From the IMG/VR virus record IMGVR_UViG_3300021400_000025, positions 214,479-278,478 of that record: a DNA stretch of 64,000 bases; one strand, 5' to 3'. The number at the start of each line of letters is the position of its first letter. The stretch's first letter is position 1. Of the stretch, positions 51,649 to 63,811 are shown piece by piece. This stretch comes from a virus. Taxonomy: Duplodnaviria; Heunggongvirae; Uroviricota; Caudoviricetes. The notes beneath the pieces were generated by a model. The model did not search any database and was not told the origin of the DNA. It worked only from the letters and a program-made list of their open reading frames with translations. A program made the position numbers and the translations under genes.

Positions 51649-52227
51649 TCAATCGTCTCTGTACAGCTTGAACTTCTTGCTGATCTTGAATGCATCCTCG
51701 TCTGGCAATGGCTTGAACCATGCTCCAATCGTTGTAGTGCCATCTTCGTTCTCGGGCGTCAAGTCAGTAAGGCACTTGTCGTTGATGTAGCCCCAATCAG
51801 TTCCCTCAACAAGCCCCAATTCCTGCACAACTGGCTCAATCTTCGTCTTCAAGTTGTTCAGGTTCCTGGCTTCGCAGATGGTCTTCGTGAAGATGTCGTT
51901 CACATAATCTTCCCAAATGTCCTTTGGGATCTCCAATGTCACCGTAACGGAATGCCTTGGATTCTCCCTCAACGTGGTGAAGGTGGTCTCCCCCTTGTCA
52001 TAAGCCTCCTTTGACAGCCTGAACAATTCAGGGTGCCTGTAAAGAGCGGGTCCAGACTTCCCATTCCCATAGTTCTCCCATGCTGGCAACGTCATGAACT
52101 CGTTGTCAATCACAGTGGACGACTTCATCAGATTCGTCCAATAAGCCTCGGCCAAATGTGCCAGCATCGCTCCCATCTTCCCTGGCTTCAGATGCAGGTC
52201 TTTCCTTATCACGAACACTCTTCTCAT
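51649..52227 (-). CDS. Peptidyl-tRNA hydrolase, Pth2 family
   Basis: VIRKDLHLKPGKMGAMLAH...TKTIC...INDKCLTDL...TTTIG. Confidence 0.8.
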   Translation of the reverse strand: MRRVFVIRKDLHLKPGKMGAMLAHLAEAYWTNLMKSSTVIDNEFMTLPAWENYGNGKSGPALYRHPELFRLSKEAYDKGETTFTTLRENPRHSVTVTLEIPKDIWEDYVNDIFTKTICEARNLNNLKTKIEPVVQELGLVEGTDWGYINDKCLTDLTPENEDGTTTIGAWFKPLPDEDAFKISKKFKLYRDD

Positions 52228-53036
52228 GTCTCAAATATCCTCAAATTGCCTTATCAACCTTGAACTGCCAATCTCCAGCATACGCCTTACATATGCTCTG
52301 TAATCCTCAAGTTCCAACATGCGTATTGTCCTTGCCGCTTTTGGATGCTTCTTCAACTGACGCTGGTATTCCCATCTTTGCTTGATGTACTTCTGCTCCG
52401 ACGCCTTCTCCGGATTTTCACGCTCCCATTCCTCGTCCAAATGGCTTCCAAACAAGCCCCAGTAAAACAGATTCAGCATATCACATCCTCTCCAATTCGT
52501 CACCTGTCACTTCATGCAACTGATTCAACGCACGGGCGCGTTCCATCATCAAAACATCATGCGCCATCTTGTTAGCCTCATCTACAGGGTCTTCTACTTT
52601 CCTTGTTCCACACAACACATCAAGTGGCGTGGAAATGTGGATTCCCTTCAATCCTCTGTTCTTCTTCTCCCATTCAACAACCCTGTCCAACGCATCAACA
52701 TAACTTGCAGAATCACCAATGGACTCGTCAATCACAGTCAACAACTCAAAGTCAATCTTCTTTTCCATGTCAGTTCTCCATTTCGTCAAGGTTCATCGGC
52801 GACATCGAATTGATGCGTCCATAGCAGTCCCAGATATGGTCGTCAGAGCCTGGGTTCTCAATCAATATACGAGATATTCCTGAGTTCTTGTTCTCCAATA
52901 TGTCTTTGACGCAGTCCAATGCGGAATGGATGCTGTCAGTCTCGTAGGTGTTCGATGGAAAACCCTCGATACCAGTTGGCTCAAAGCAATGTATGCGTAT
53001 CTTGTTGTTGTCCATGATAAGAATTATACGAGAAGA

Positions 53037-54014
53037 TCACAAGTCATCCTTGCCAATGCAAAGATTGTCGTCAAATGCGCATTTGCCCTCGATGAAGTCA
53101 TGATACTGCTTGTGGATGAAGTATATCTTCTTCTCAGGATGTTGTTCGACAACCAATCTCATCTTCTCTCTATCTGAATCTGGATATCCACCCTTGACTT
53201 CAACATAGATGTCTCTGTCTGGAATATATAGGTCAGGAATATAGTTGTGCCAATAGTCCTTGAAATACTTGATTGGAGCAGCTTTCACCCACAATATGCC
53301 AAGTGCGTTCAACCTCAATGCCACATTCTCCTCCCAATGTCCCCGAACAGAGAATTCCTTGCCCTCTATGTTCTTTACTTTGTACCACTTCACCTTCACA
53401 TGCTCCTTATTGAGGTACTGGTTCATGACTTGTTCAGCACGTTTGGCAGAGATTTTTTGGCGGGTTTCAAGAGTGTGCTTGTGAGACACAACTGATATAT
53501 GTATCTCTCCCCTTGCATATTTTTCTGAGAATTTTCTTCCTTGTCTCTTGTGCATTTCATCGTGTTCCGCCTTATTTGGATGATTAGGGCAATTAACCAT
53601 ATGTCCACCAGCTCCTCTACCACTATCAAATTCTTTCCCACAATAACGACAAACATATTTCCCATCATCTGTAATAATACATCCACTATGTACAACTCCA
53701 TGTACATTAGCCATATGTTTTTTCAGTTGATTGCGTGTATCTAATATCATTCCACACAATTTACACTTCCAAGTTCCATACGGAGATTTTGCATGGACTT
53801 TACCTTCTGCCCTCAATTTGTCAAGATGAGCCTTGACTTTTGGATTATTTGCGCCTCTATTTTTACTCGCAATATATTCAATCTTACATTCCTTTGAGCA
53901 AAATCTTCCTGAGCCATAGGTGTGGTCATGTTCTTTTCCACAGTATTCACAAGGCTTGTCCTTGTTCGCAAGGCGTTTCTATGCCATTGCTTTACGATAA
54001 CGTTCTTTGTTCAT
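53037..54014 (-). CDS. Zn-finger-containing putative PD-(D/E)XK homing endonuclease; TAG at codon 12
   Basis: ATG at 54014, TAG at 53979; EHDHTYGSGRFCSKEC, C2H2 fingers, YIPDLY...VEVKG. Confidence 0.75.
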
Positions 54015-54097
54015 ATTATTTTTACCTTTTTGTTAACGGAGTCACCCCACGTGACTTCGCATTATCTATTTACAATTATACGATTTTTTAGCAAAAG

Positions 54098-54130
54098 AAA
54101 GCCATATAGGCGTGGGGCCTATACGGCTTT
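54098..54130 (-). terminator. Intrinsic terminator after the suppressor tRNA (loop CCCCACG)
   Basis: AAAGCCGTATAGG-CCCCACG-CCTATATGGCTTT-CTTTT. Confidence 0.8.
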
Positions 54131-54135
54131 ACGGG

Positions 54136-54208
54136 CTGCCCGTGAAGGAGTCGAACCTTCCCCCCAGGTTTTAGAGACCTGTGCGCGAGACCGGCACGCA
54201 GACGGGCT
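54136..54208 (-). tRNA. Amber suppressor tRNA (anticodon CUA), probably Gln-charged
   Basis: CAGGT-CT-CTA-AA-ACCTG anticodon arm; GAAGG-TTCGACT-CCTTC T-arm; 1:72 mismatch and G73. Confidence 0.88.
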
Positions 54209-54286
54209 GTTGAAACTTGTGTCTCGTTTCTCTCGTCACATTCAATTATACAAAAAATGGTTGGAACTTTCGCATGAACCAACCAA

Positions 54287-57200
54287 TTATTCGTCGCCCA
54301 AATCTATGCTGTCGGGATCGGACACAACAACTGTGTCTCCTCCTCCACCACCACTCTGGTTGTTTATTGCAAGCACTGAACCCACTGGTATCTTGTTCAC
54401 CTCGTCTACATATCCCCTCAGACTTCCATGCAATCCAATGGCTGTGGTCTTCACCTCCTCGAATGTCTTGGGCGACAACTTGTCTCCACGAATCAAGGAC
54501 AATTTCAACTCCCTTTCCTCTCTTGGCAACTGGGCTATTCTGTTCTCGGCCTCCTGCTTCAGGTTCTTCACATCGTCTCCAAGCGACTTCAACTCCTCGT
54601 CAGTGACCTTTCCTGGATCAGCCACCATCTTCTCCAATATCGTCTCATATCTTTCCTCTTGCTTCCGTATTGCCTCCATCTGCTTGATCTTCGCCTATGC
54701 GATTGCCAGTTCCTCTCTGCGCTTGGCTTCCTCCTTCAACCTCTTCTCCTCTTCCTCTGCCTTGCGCTTCTTCTCCTCTTCTTCCTTTCTTCTGCGCTCT
54801 TCCTCCACCTTGCGCCGCTCTTCCTCAATCTCCTTTGAGGTCTTGGGTGGTGGTTCAAGAACCTTCGTGTTGGCAGATGGGTTCTTCACTATGGTGTCCC
54901 CTTGGTTTTTCTACTGTCTCTTCCTCAGAATGCGCTCGTCCTTCTCCTTCAAGAAGCCAGCGTAGAACTTCTCCAATTGCCGCTTGAATGTCAGACTGCC
55001 TGTGGCTTTCGCCTCCATCGTCACTGGCCCATGCAGTTTCCTCAGATATTCAAGGTTCTTGTCCAGTTCCTGGTCGGACATCTCCCCCATCTTCTTCCAT
55101 AGAGCCTGTTGGCTCTTCAATATCTTCTGCCTTTGCTCTGGAGTGGGAATGCCCAGCTTGTGGCGATACATCCTCAATTTGGTGAGCTGTCCACCCACTG
55201 CGTTGGGGAAATCCACCAGCTTCACCTTCATATGGGGGAACCTGAGGTATTTGCGCATGAAATCCACTATGGCCGCGCCTTGCAGGGATATATGCAATTT
55301 GATGATTGCGGTCTTCAACGCCTTGTCGGTGTTCTCAGTCCTATATGTCATGTCGAGACCAAGAAACCTCTCCACCCTGTTCCACAATGGGATGACCTTC
55401 AACGCGAAATATTCAAGGAAGGATTGGGCAAATCCAGCGAGGGCATATTTGTCGTCCTTGAGCATGGACCATTTGTAGCCATGTGTGTTCGTCTGGAGGA
55501 AATAGTAGGAAATCAAGTCATGCAGGGAAGATGCGTCCCCATCCTTGTCCTTGGCTGTGTCCAGTGCATAATGATCCTTCAACCAGTCAAGAAGGGGGAT
55601 TGCGGACAATGCGGTGTTCGCTATCTGCCCTTGCTTGAACAGACTCAGCACTCCACCATCAATCATCCAATTGCGCACATCGCCATATTTCAACCCAAAA
55701 GCCTCGAACTTCTTCAACCTATTGAGACGAGCCAGACCCTGGGCGAAACGCTTCGCCTTTCTTGCGGCATTCATCCCCTTGGTGAACCATCTCTTGCCGA
55801 ACCAGGCGTTCTCGTCCACCTCCTCTGCGTCTTTGTTGGCGTTTCTGTCGTATTTCAGAACATCTTGGATTGGTCGAACGATCAATTTCTTCACCCCATG
55901 CACCGCAGCAGCTGCCACAGCCATGCCTACCGGGGAGAGAACAACACTGCCCAGCCCTATCGCCAAGCCCATCAATGCCCTCTTTCCCCATTTGCCCCAG
56001 TCTATTTTGTCAATCTTCTTGGCATGTTCAAGGTTGTTGTCTTTGCTGGCCACCTCCCCCTTTCTGAACTTCTCCAGGAAAATCTGGAACCTGTCCTTGT
56101 AGATGACATCATCAGGATTATCGTAGTAGCCAATGGACTGCTTCTTCGTGATGAAGTTCCATTGGTTCCAATACTCGGAGTATTTTTGGAATTTGCCCAG
56201 AGCCTCCTTGTCATCCTTTGCCGTGGACAACGATTCCATGATTTCAGCGTAGATGCTTCTGATTGCCTTCGCCCTTTGAAGTTCATATCCAAGGGGGTTC
56301 GCTATGACCCTGACTCCATTCTGAATCCATTGGAACGGCATGTAGCCAATTGAACCCTTTTCAGGCTCCGGATAGGGTTCGCCAATCTTGACGTCTAGGG
56401 CGTTGTGGATTGCCTCGAATGGCTTGGTTGGAATGATTGACATCAAGTCGCTTTGCAGAACACGATACCCTGGATTCCATCCTGCCACTGGATCATACAA
56501 TTTGCCCTTGACGCCTGCGAATCTATTGGCCTTGCTGAGCTTGTCTATGTATGCGTCCAACTTCCCAATCTCTGGCATGATTGAATTGGCGAACGTCTGC
56601 TGTCTGATTTTCATGCCATATGCGCGACGGGAGGTGACGTATGCATCAACGCCATATTTCTCCTTAAGTTCCTGTCTGCGTTCCCAATAAGTCTTGCTAT
56701 GTACGTATGTCCTGTCCCACCTGTCCATGTCGTATTGGTTCAGGGTGGCTATGTATTTGGTGGTGTCGCGCTATATTCTGGAAACGATGTCGTTCTCATT
56801 GTTCGCAATCCAGCGCTTCTCCTGCTCCTTCTTGACCTTCTCGTTGGAATTCTCCAAATCTTGTTTCTGCACATCCTTCGCTGAATCAAAGTTCTAATGC
56901 ATCCTTGGTGGAACCTGGCGCATGATGGCCCCTTGTGGAGGACGTTGACCCTTCCCAGGCCAATTCGGCGTCTGAAGCCCTGGAATTACCGCCATCTGCC
57001 CCTTGAACGCCTTGACCCCAGATGACGCCTGGGCGATGTTGATCCTCAGACTCTTCAACGCTGCAGTGGTGTTCGCCATCTGACCACTCTTGCTCTGGGC
57101 GTATTGGAGTTCCTGGTTCTTCTAGTGCTTGGACCAGAGCAGCATCACCTCTGTGGCAATCATCGTCACAATGGAGGGGATCAACTTGACTATGAACATC

Positions 57201-59392
57201 GCCACAGTGCCTGCGCCTGGTGCGATGAAGTTCACCACCATGCATATGGCGTTGACAATCATCCCAAGTCCCTTCTTCGCCAACCCTATGAGATATGCGA
57301 AAACTATTCTCCGAAGAGTGTGCTTGACTGACGCCCAATCCTTGAAGATGCCATTCTTGCCAAACAACTTCTTCTTGATGCCAGAGAAGAACAACTTCAA
57401 CCTGTCTATCCAGTTGCCTATCCCAGATTTGAAGAAGTTCTTGATTCCAATCGCAAACGCCTTTATGCCAGCCCAATTGGGGATCTCGAACCCAAGAATG
57501 GTCATCTTGGAGCCATCGGACTTGGGCATGTACGCAGATTTCCATTTTTGCCAGCCAACTCTGAACAACGCAATCAATATCAACGCGCCCAATGCGATGG
57601 TGGCAATCGCCTTGACTGGATTCAACAATATGCTGAGAAAACCACCTTTCCCTCCTCTACTGGCTTTTTTCTTGAGGTCGGATATGTTGCTCTCTGTCTT
57701 GTTGAGATCCTTGGACATGGTCTCTTCGTCGTCGTCCACCCCTTTCATCTGCTTTTGCACAGCCTTCTGGATTGGTGGATACGCCAGTTGGAACCCTGCC
57801 ATGAACTTCTTGTCCTTGATTGTGCCACCGAGGTTTTCGTTGATTCTGCCCAATGTCTCCTGGACTTTCCTTGACGAGATGTCCTTCTTGTACTTCTGAT
57901 CGTCTGGATTGGGCTGCTTCTCCTTTCCCTTCACTTTGTTCTGGGTCTTTTCCTTGATTGGCAGATTCTTGTTCTTCTTTTTCTTGTCCTTGATGTCCTT
58001 GCCATCATTCTGCTTCTTGGCAGATGGAGAAAGTGGCTTCATCTTGGAGAGGTTCTTGCCTGCAGTCTTGGGCAACTTTGGCATCTTCTTTCCAAGCCCC
58101 TTCATCTTCGTGGGGTTCAGCGTCTTTGACATGGACTTCATCTTGTCCACATTGCCAATAATCTTGGTGTTCTTGCCATCGGCGGAGACCATGGGATCGT
58201 ATGTGGTTCTTCTTGGAAGAAATGCGTTGGACAATCTGCCGCCAAATCCCCTTGCGCCATCAATCTCGGCTCTCTATCCAGACCGCATCTTGAGTTTTGC
58301 CCCTGGAATGGACTTGACTCCTTCAACCAACCCATTCGTCTTTCCACCATCCTTCATTTTGTGCTGATGTTGCCCAGGAAGATGTTGATGTCCACATATG
58401 GGGCATACACACATGCCATTGGGTGAGACCTTCAGTCTGGTTCTTTGTTGGACTGCCTTGGCATTGGACTTGAATCTGGATGAAGATGGAATTGGAGCAG
58501 CAGAAGAAGCTTGTTTGGTGGCGTTCTTTGTGGTGGACAACTATGCCTTCACCTTCTTCATCTTCGCCAGTTGGATTTGCGCCTTGACATCATCTTGAAC
58601 CAACCCATTCAACTTGTCGGCCAAAGTTTTGATGTTGAATTTGTATGGCTTGGCAAGGTTCTGAAGATTCTTGTCCCCCTTGACACTGGCATCCAGTTTC
58701 ACAACATCCTTGTATGCGTTGTTGGAATCCAATTGGTTGAAGACGCCAATCGCATGGCGCAAGGACTCAAGGCTCTCGTCCTCCCATGTGGATTGCCCTT
58801 GATCCATGGTTTCCAGGCGGTTGGATGTGTCGTCGTTCTGCTGGACAAGTCCTTGGGTCAGGCGGTCTATGTCTTGTTGCTGACCCTCGTAGGACTGAAG
58901 ACGAATCATCTTCCTTCGTTCATACTCCCGATTGAGGTTCATCCTCACCTGGAGAATGGAGGTCTGGAGTTCATCCACGAAATCCATGACCACGTCCATG
59001 ATGTTGCAGTCATTGATGTCCAGCTCGCCCTTCACAACCTTCTTGGTCGTTTCTGGAACCAACGCCTTGTCCAGATTCTCAGGAGTCAGCTTGGACTGCT
59101 TGTCCCTCATGTTCTGGGCAATCTTGTTGACAGCATCCCCATCTTGTATTATCCGAAGGAAATCGTTGTTGAGGGAACGGTAGATCGTGCGCAGAAGGAT
59201 CTCGGAATTCGCACCTTGTCCAATCAAAGCCCCTTTGGTGAAGGTCTCGAACAAGGTGGTCATGTTGTTGTACAATTCCTCCATGTGCGCCGTGGAGGAC
59301 ACCTTCTCCACAGCGCCTGCGAAGGGACTGAAATTCGACATCGCAGATTGAAACACCTTCTGCGTGTCCTATGTCTTTGGTTGAGCAGCCAT
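54287..59392 (-). CDS. Large helical virion protein, tape-measure/baseplate-hub-like (1701 aa), at least seven in-frame TAGs
   Basis: Seven ORF fragments in one frame, each ending at TAG; ATG at 59392 after GTAAATA; TM segments and coiled coils. Confidence 0.7.
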
Positions 59393-59502
59393 TTAACGAT
59401 CCATCAATGTGGTATTTACCATTTTCTCGCCCCACATCCGATGAAAAGAAGATGGTGGCCGAAAACCACCATCAATTGGAAGTTCAATGTGTAGATTCCC
59501 AA

Positions 59503-60330
59503 TCAGGGAATGGTTGTCGCAGATGGATTGGACGAGTCAATGGAGACCCAATTCTCTCCATCGCCACCATCCTGTGGGTTGACGTGTTGGATTGAGAATG
59601 TATCTGGATCATAGTTGAACTTGTCGCAAATGTCAAGAATCATGCTTTTCGCATCATCCTCCGTATCAAATACATCGGCGTCTTTTTCATCATCAACAAA
59701 TTCAACCTTTTCCGCAATGTCCCACTTCACAAATCCATGAATGTCAAGGTCGTCGTCGTCCATTCTCAGACAAACCTCGCCATCTGATTCATTGATTGAC
59801 TCGCCAAGTTCCTCCTGCTTCATCGTGGCGGGCCATATGAACATGTAGTCTCCACCCAATTGCCTTATCTTTTCTGCCGCATCTTCCTTTGAGGGGAACT
59901 CATAGGCTCTCTGAATGTCAGTAGACCATTCCTTGTCGTTGACATAGAATGAATCACTGTCGGGATATTCCTTCTTTAAGATTGCCGGACCATCCCAATC
60001 CATCATGGAAGTGTCCGTGTTCAAACTTTCATTACTCTTCTTCTGCGCATCAAGCATCTTCTGAACGCCTGCCAATTGCTCTGGATTGTTCGAGATCTCA
60101 TCCAGCGTCTTGTCATCAACATCAAGTCCAGCGTCTGAAACCGTGTCCGCCAGAACCTCCTTCTTCTGATCGTCAGTCAAGGAATCAGCATGCACCGAAA
60201 CCATGTCATCGCCATCCGACTTCTCATTGTCCTCGTTCATCATGAACTTGATGCCCCTTGACTTGAGTTCCTTGTCCAGATTCTCGTTGATTTCAACCAA
60301 CTTGTCAAAATACTTGCTCATTTTTTCCAA
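59503..60330 (-). CDS. Acidic late protein, possibly head-associated
   Basis: Intact ORF with GTAAATA upstream (60357). Confidence 0.5.
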   Translation of the reverse strand: MEKMSKYFDKLVEINENLDKELKSRGIKFMMNEDNEKSDGDDMVSVHADSLTDDQKKEVLADTVSDAGLDVDDKTLDEISNNPEQLAGVQKMLDAQKKSNESLNTDTSMMDWDGPAILKKEYPDSDSFYVNDKEWSTDIQRAYEFPSKEDAAEKIRQLGGDYMFIWPATMKQEELGESINESDGEVCLRMDDDDLDIHGFVKWDIAEKVEFVDDEKDADVFDTEDDAKSMILDICDKFNYDPDTFSIQHVNPQDGGDGENWVSIDSSNPSATTIP

Positions 60331-60366
60331 TACCTTCCTAGATTGAATTATATGTGTATTTACCTC

Positions 60367-61476
60367 TCAACGGCATGAAACCATCATGGAGGACAGTTGC
60401 TTGAACAGCTTGTCTCTGGTGGCATCGTCCTGGAACTCAATCAGACCCTCCGACATCTTGTAGAACGGCTTTGACGCAATGATTATTGGAAGAAAATCAG
60501 ATGCAGAAAGATTGTGCAGAGTGCAATCAAGTTCAAACGACTCAAATACGCCCTCGGCATTGTCAAGCCATTCCTTCAACTCCCCCTGATCATATCCACT
60601 CTTGACGAGATGTTCAATCAATGAGTTGACCAGCATGGAGATGGCATCTGAATCAAACAGTTTAACAGTAGTTGAGCTTCTTGCCCCCATTATATGGTCA
60701 ATCTCCTTGTAGAGCTGCTTCCACGCAATCATCTTCACGCGCTTCGTGTATTCCACATCCCCTGACAGTATGTGTCTTATCAGGACTTGTGGAGGATTCA
60801 CTTCATGTCCAGGAGAGTATGTTCCCCTGGTCAAGCCAGTCTTGTTGAACTTCTCCACATAGCGGAAATACTTGTCCATGTTTCCAAGTATGACTATGTG
60901 CTCCGCCTCAGACAAGTCCTTGAAGAACTTTGGGCTTAGAAGTTCTGGCAGAAACAAGGAATGGCTGAAATCCACCTCGTTCTTGTCGCCAGTTGAGAGG
61001 AACCCCCTTATCCTGTCCAAAAGAACCCTTCTCAAGTCAAGTTCTCCATTCAACATCTTGATGTCCCAGTCCTTCATGTTGTTGGAGAGCATGGTCAGGG
61101 GATTGAACATCACTATGTTGGAGTCGGGATGGCTTTCCATCTCATGCTGTTGAAGTTCATCCAAGAACACCTTCATCCGAGAGCTGTTCTCCAACTTGAT
61201 GTGGAAGTACACCCGGTCAAGCCGACTGAACGAAGCCAAAGCCTGATATATCCTTTCCCTCATCTCCTTGCTGAATTGACTGAACATGTCCAAGTTCAAC
61301 AGCCAACCGGCATACGTGGATGTCCCTATGGCGTCCCAGAATATGTCATCCCTCACATTCAAGTTCTCCTCCAAGAATTGAGGTGAGCAGTCCGACGACA
61401 TTATCAACGAATCCAAATCCACAGGACATTGGATTGAGTTCACATATCTGGGCAGTTTCTTCTTCGCCATATACAT
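60367..61476 (-). CDS. Hypothetical protein
   Basis: Intact 369-aa ORF. Confidence 0.6.
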   Translation of the reverse strand: MYMAKKKLPRYVNSIQCPVDLDSLIMSSDCSPQFLEENLNVRDDIFWDAIGTSTYAGWLLNLDMFSQFSKEMRERIYQALASFSRLDRVYFHIKLENSSRMKVFLDELQQHEMESHPDSNIVMFNPLTMLSNNMKDWDIKMLNGELDLRRVLLDRIRGFLSTGDKNEVDFSHSLFLPELLSPKFFKDLSEAEHIVILGNMDKYFRYVEKFNKTGLTRGTYSPGHEVNPPQVLIRHILSGDVEYTKRVKMIAWKQLYKEIDHIMGARSSTTVKLFDSDAISMLVNSLIEHLVKSGYDQGELKEWLDNAEGVFESFELDCTLHNLSASDFLPIIIASKPFYKMSEGLIEFQDDATRDKLFKQLSSMMVSCR

Positions 61477-61526
61477 CTAGTATACCACATTCGCAAATAA
61501 TGGTAAATACCAACAAGGAGACTTCA

Positions 61527-62186
61527 ATGGACGAAGAAGACGACAACAACATAGAGGAAGCAGGTTTGGACGAAGAACCATCTGCAAGAGGTGAATTGGG
61601 CAAGAAGGCTGGTGGCATGGCAGGCGCTGCCATAGGTGGATATTTCGGTGGTCCAATTGGATCCATGGTTGGAAAATACATCGGAGAAAAACTTGGCGAC
61701 AAGGCAGAGGATAAGATATAGGAGGAAGTCAAGGAGTAGATGGGAGAATCGTCCGAGCAATCAGAGCCACCAAAAGAGGAGCAATAGAAGAAGAAAGGCG
61801 GATCATGTGGAGGAGATTCGGGTGGAGCTGGTGTTGGAGAATACTCGGCGTCTGATGGACAATGCCATTCAAATCCAAAGACCCCATTGTACAAGCTGGA
61901 GATTGAGGAGAACGACTACCCAGAAAACTGGTGGGACTAGCTGCCAGACTTCGACCCAAGGGTATATGACGCAATCTCAATGGAACAGGCAGCAGCATGC
62001 GTGGACTACATATTCGAGGGGCTTCCAGACATGCACGACTTGGAGAACAAACTGCAGGCGAAGGGATTCCCGAAGATTTGCCCAAGGCTCAAGACCCAGG
62101 TTCCCAGAACCAAGATAATCATGCCGAAGGAGATAATCTACGACACCACAATGGACAGCTTCATCAAGAAGGATCAGACCTACTAA
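61527..62186 (+). CDS. Glycine-zipper late protein, four in-frame TAGs
   Basis: ATG at 61527 after GTAAATA and an AGGAG RBS; GGMAGAAIGGYFGGPIG; joins 61980-62186 in frame. Confidence 0.65.
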
Positions 62187-63811
62187 TCACTGCTCCTGTC
62201 CTTGAACTCGTCCATCGTCACCAACTGAATCAAATTGTCCCTGAATCTCTTCACCGAGAACGTTGTGTCATTGTAGGTGACATGCCGCGCAAGATTGTCA
62301 GACCGTGGAATGCTCTATTGGGTGAACACACTTTGATGATCAAATCTCTTCTATGGGTTCTTCAAGTTCAGCCAGTTGAACCAAAGGGACATTATTATGA
62401 CATTCTTTTCGGCGCTGTAGTCTATCTGCTTGCACATCTCCTTGAAATACCGCTTGTTGATTGGAGCGAAAATGTGCGGCTCGTAGAAGTAGATATGCTC
62501 CCTATGCCCAACGAACCTGTCCAAAGTCTTGAGAAGAAGCATATCCCACTTGTTGTCCTTCGACTCCTTTTTCATCTCATCCCTGAACTTGTCGTCTTGT
62601 CTGTACTCGAACACATACCTTGGGGCGAAATCCTCCCAATTTGACTTCTTGGTGACAAGGATATCGTCCGAGCAGAAAAGGAAATTATCCGACAACTTTG
62701 GCACTTTCTCTATGGCAACAAGCAGCTTGTGTATGATGTTCGCGTCCTTGTTGTTCCTCGTTATGTCCGGCGCGTAGATGTGAGTCACCTTTGGATTCCT
62801 AATCCTCGGGTTTTCCCCAACAATGTATATGTTCCCTATCCAGTGGGAGCAGAACTTCAGCATGGATGTTATGGAAATCTTGATCTCAAGGTTGTTGAAC
62901 TTGCTTCCCCTTCCAAGAACATACACAAGATCATGCTTCACCTTCTTCTTGGTGTTGTATTGGAATATCTTCGATATGTCAGGACTGACCTCTGGAACAT
63001 GCACCTCATCAATCAATCCACTCCTTGGAAGCAAGGACAGTTGCTTGGCGTTGTCTTCAATTTTCTCGTCAGCCTTTGTCCTCTTCTTTCCCTTGTTTTC
63101 GTTGAACAGATTGAAGCACTCGTTGATGTCCCTTCCATCGGAAAGTTGCTTGACAACAGGAGCAACAATCTGGTCATACCTAGCCCCAACATCGTATCTG
63201 TACCCAGAACTTGGCATCACTTCAAGTTTCTCAACGTCCCCCTGGACGCACCACTTCGTGCAGGGCTTCAACAAGTATCCGTTCATGTGAATCAGATAGA
63301 GATACGTTCTGTCATCGTTGAAGGTGTTCAGAACTGTCTCGTTGAGGAACATATCGTAGTTGTTCAACATCTTCTTCTGGAAAAGGGAATAGCACTGGAC
63401 AATTAAGTTGTCAAGGTTTATTGACTTGCAGTGATTGGACGTTATAGGGAACTTGCATCCATTGTCATTGAAGTCCTTCATCCTTGACTCTATGAAGTCC
63501 TTTGGAAGAAGCATGTCATCGTCTATGTCAATGATGATGTCATCGTCCTCAAGATATGGCAGAACAGGAAACACCTTCTTGAAAGACTTCCAGTTCGTGT
63601 CAACCCAATTGAGAACAACTCTGTCAGATGTCATTATCAGACGATAGAGTTCAACTGGAATATCCTGCTCGTATCTGGGGAATTCAATGGTGGAAAGGGT
63701 CAGATATATTCTGTCTGGAAGTACGGTGTTGTCAAGAACCGACTGTATCACCTTGGCGCAATTCGTTATGCGCCTTGGATATGATGTCATGCAAATGTTT
63801 ATGGTTGACAT
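62174..63811 (-). CDS. Two-domain glycosyltransferase (GT-A fold plus Stealth-like domain), TAG read-through at the C-terminus
   Basis: TSYPRR...DIDDD; second domain YVLG...KISITS...FLFCSDD; reads past TAG 62351 (HVTYND) to TGA 62174. Confidence 0.7.

Noticed and set aside
54090-54135. Theta (HDV-like) ribozyme after the suppressor tRNA
   Set aside because: The trailer is a simple terminator hairpin; no nested double pseudoknot is visible
53922-56353. Long plus-strand ORFs (53922-54965, 55109-56353; also 37551-38555 and 58511-59494)
   Set aside because: Antisense shadows of well-supported minus-strand genes, with no recognisable motifs
54287-59392. Reading TAG-split genes as pseudogenes or separate small genes
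   Set aside because: Every break is TAG in one frame with no frameshifts, conserved motifs continue past the TAG, and a suppressor tRNA is present
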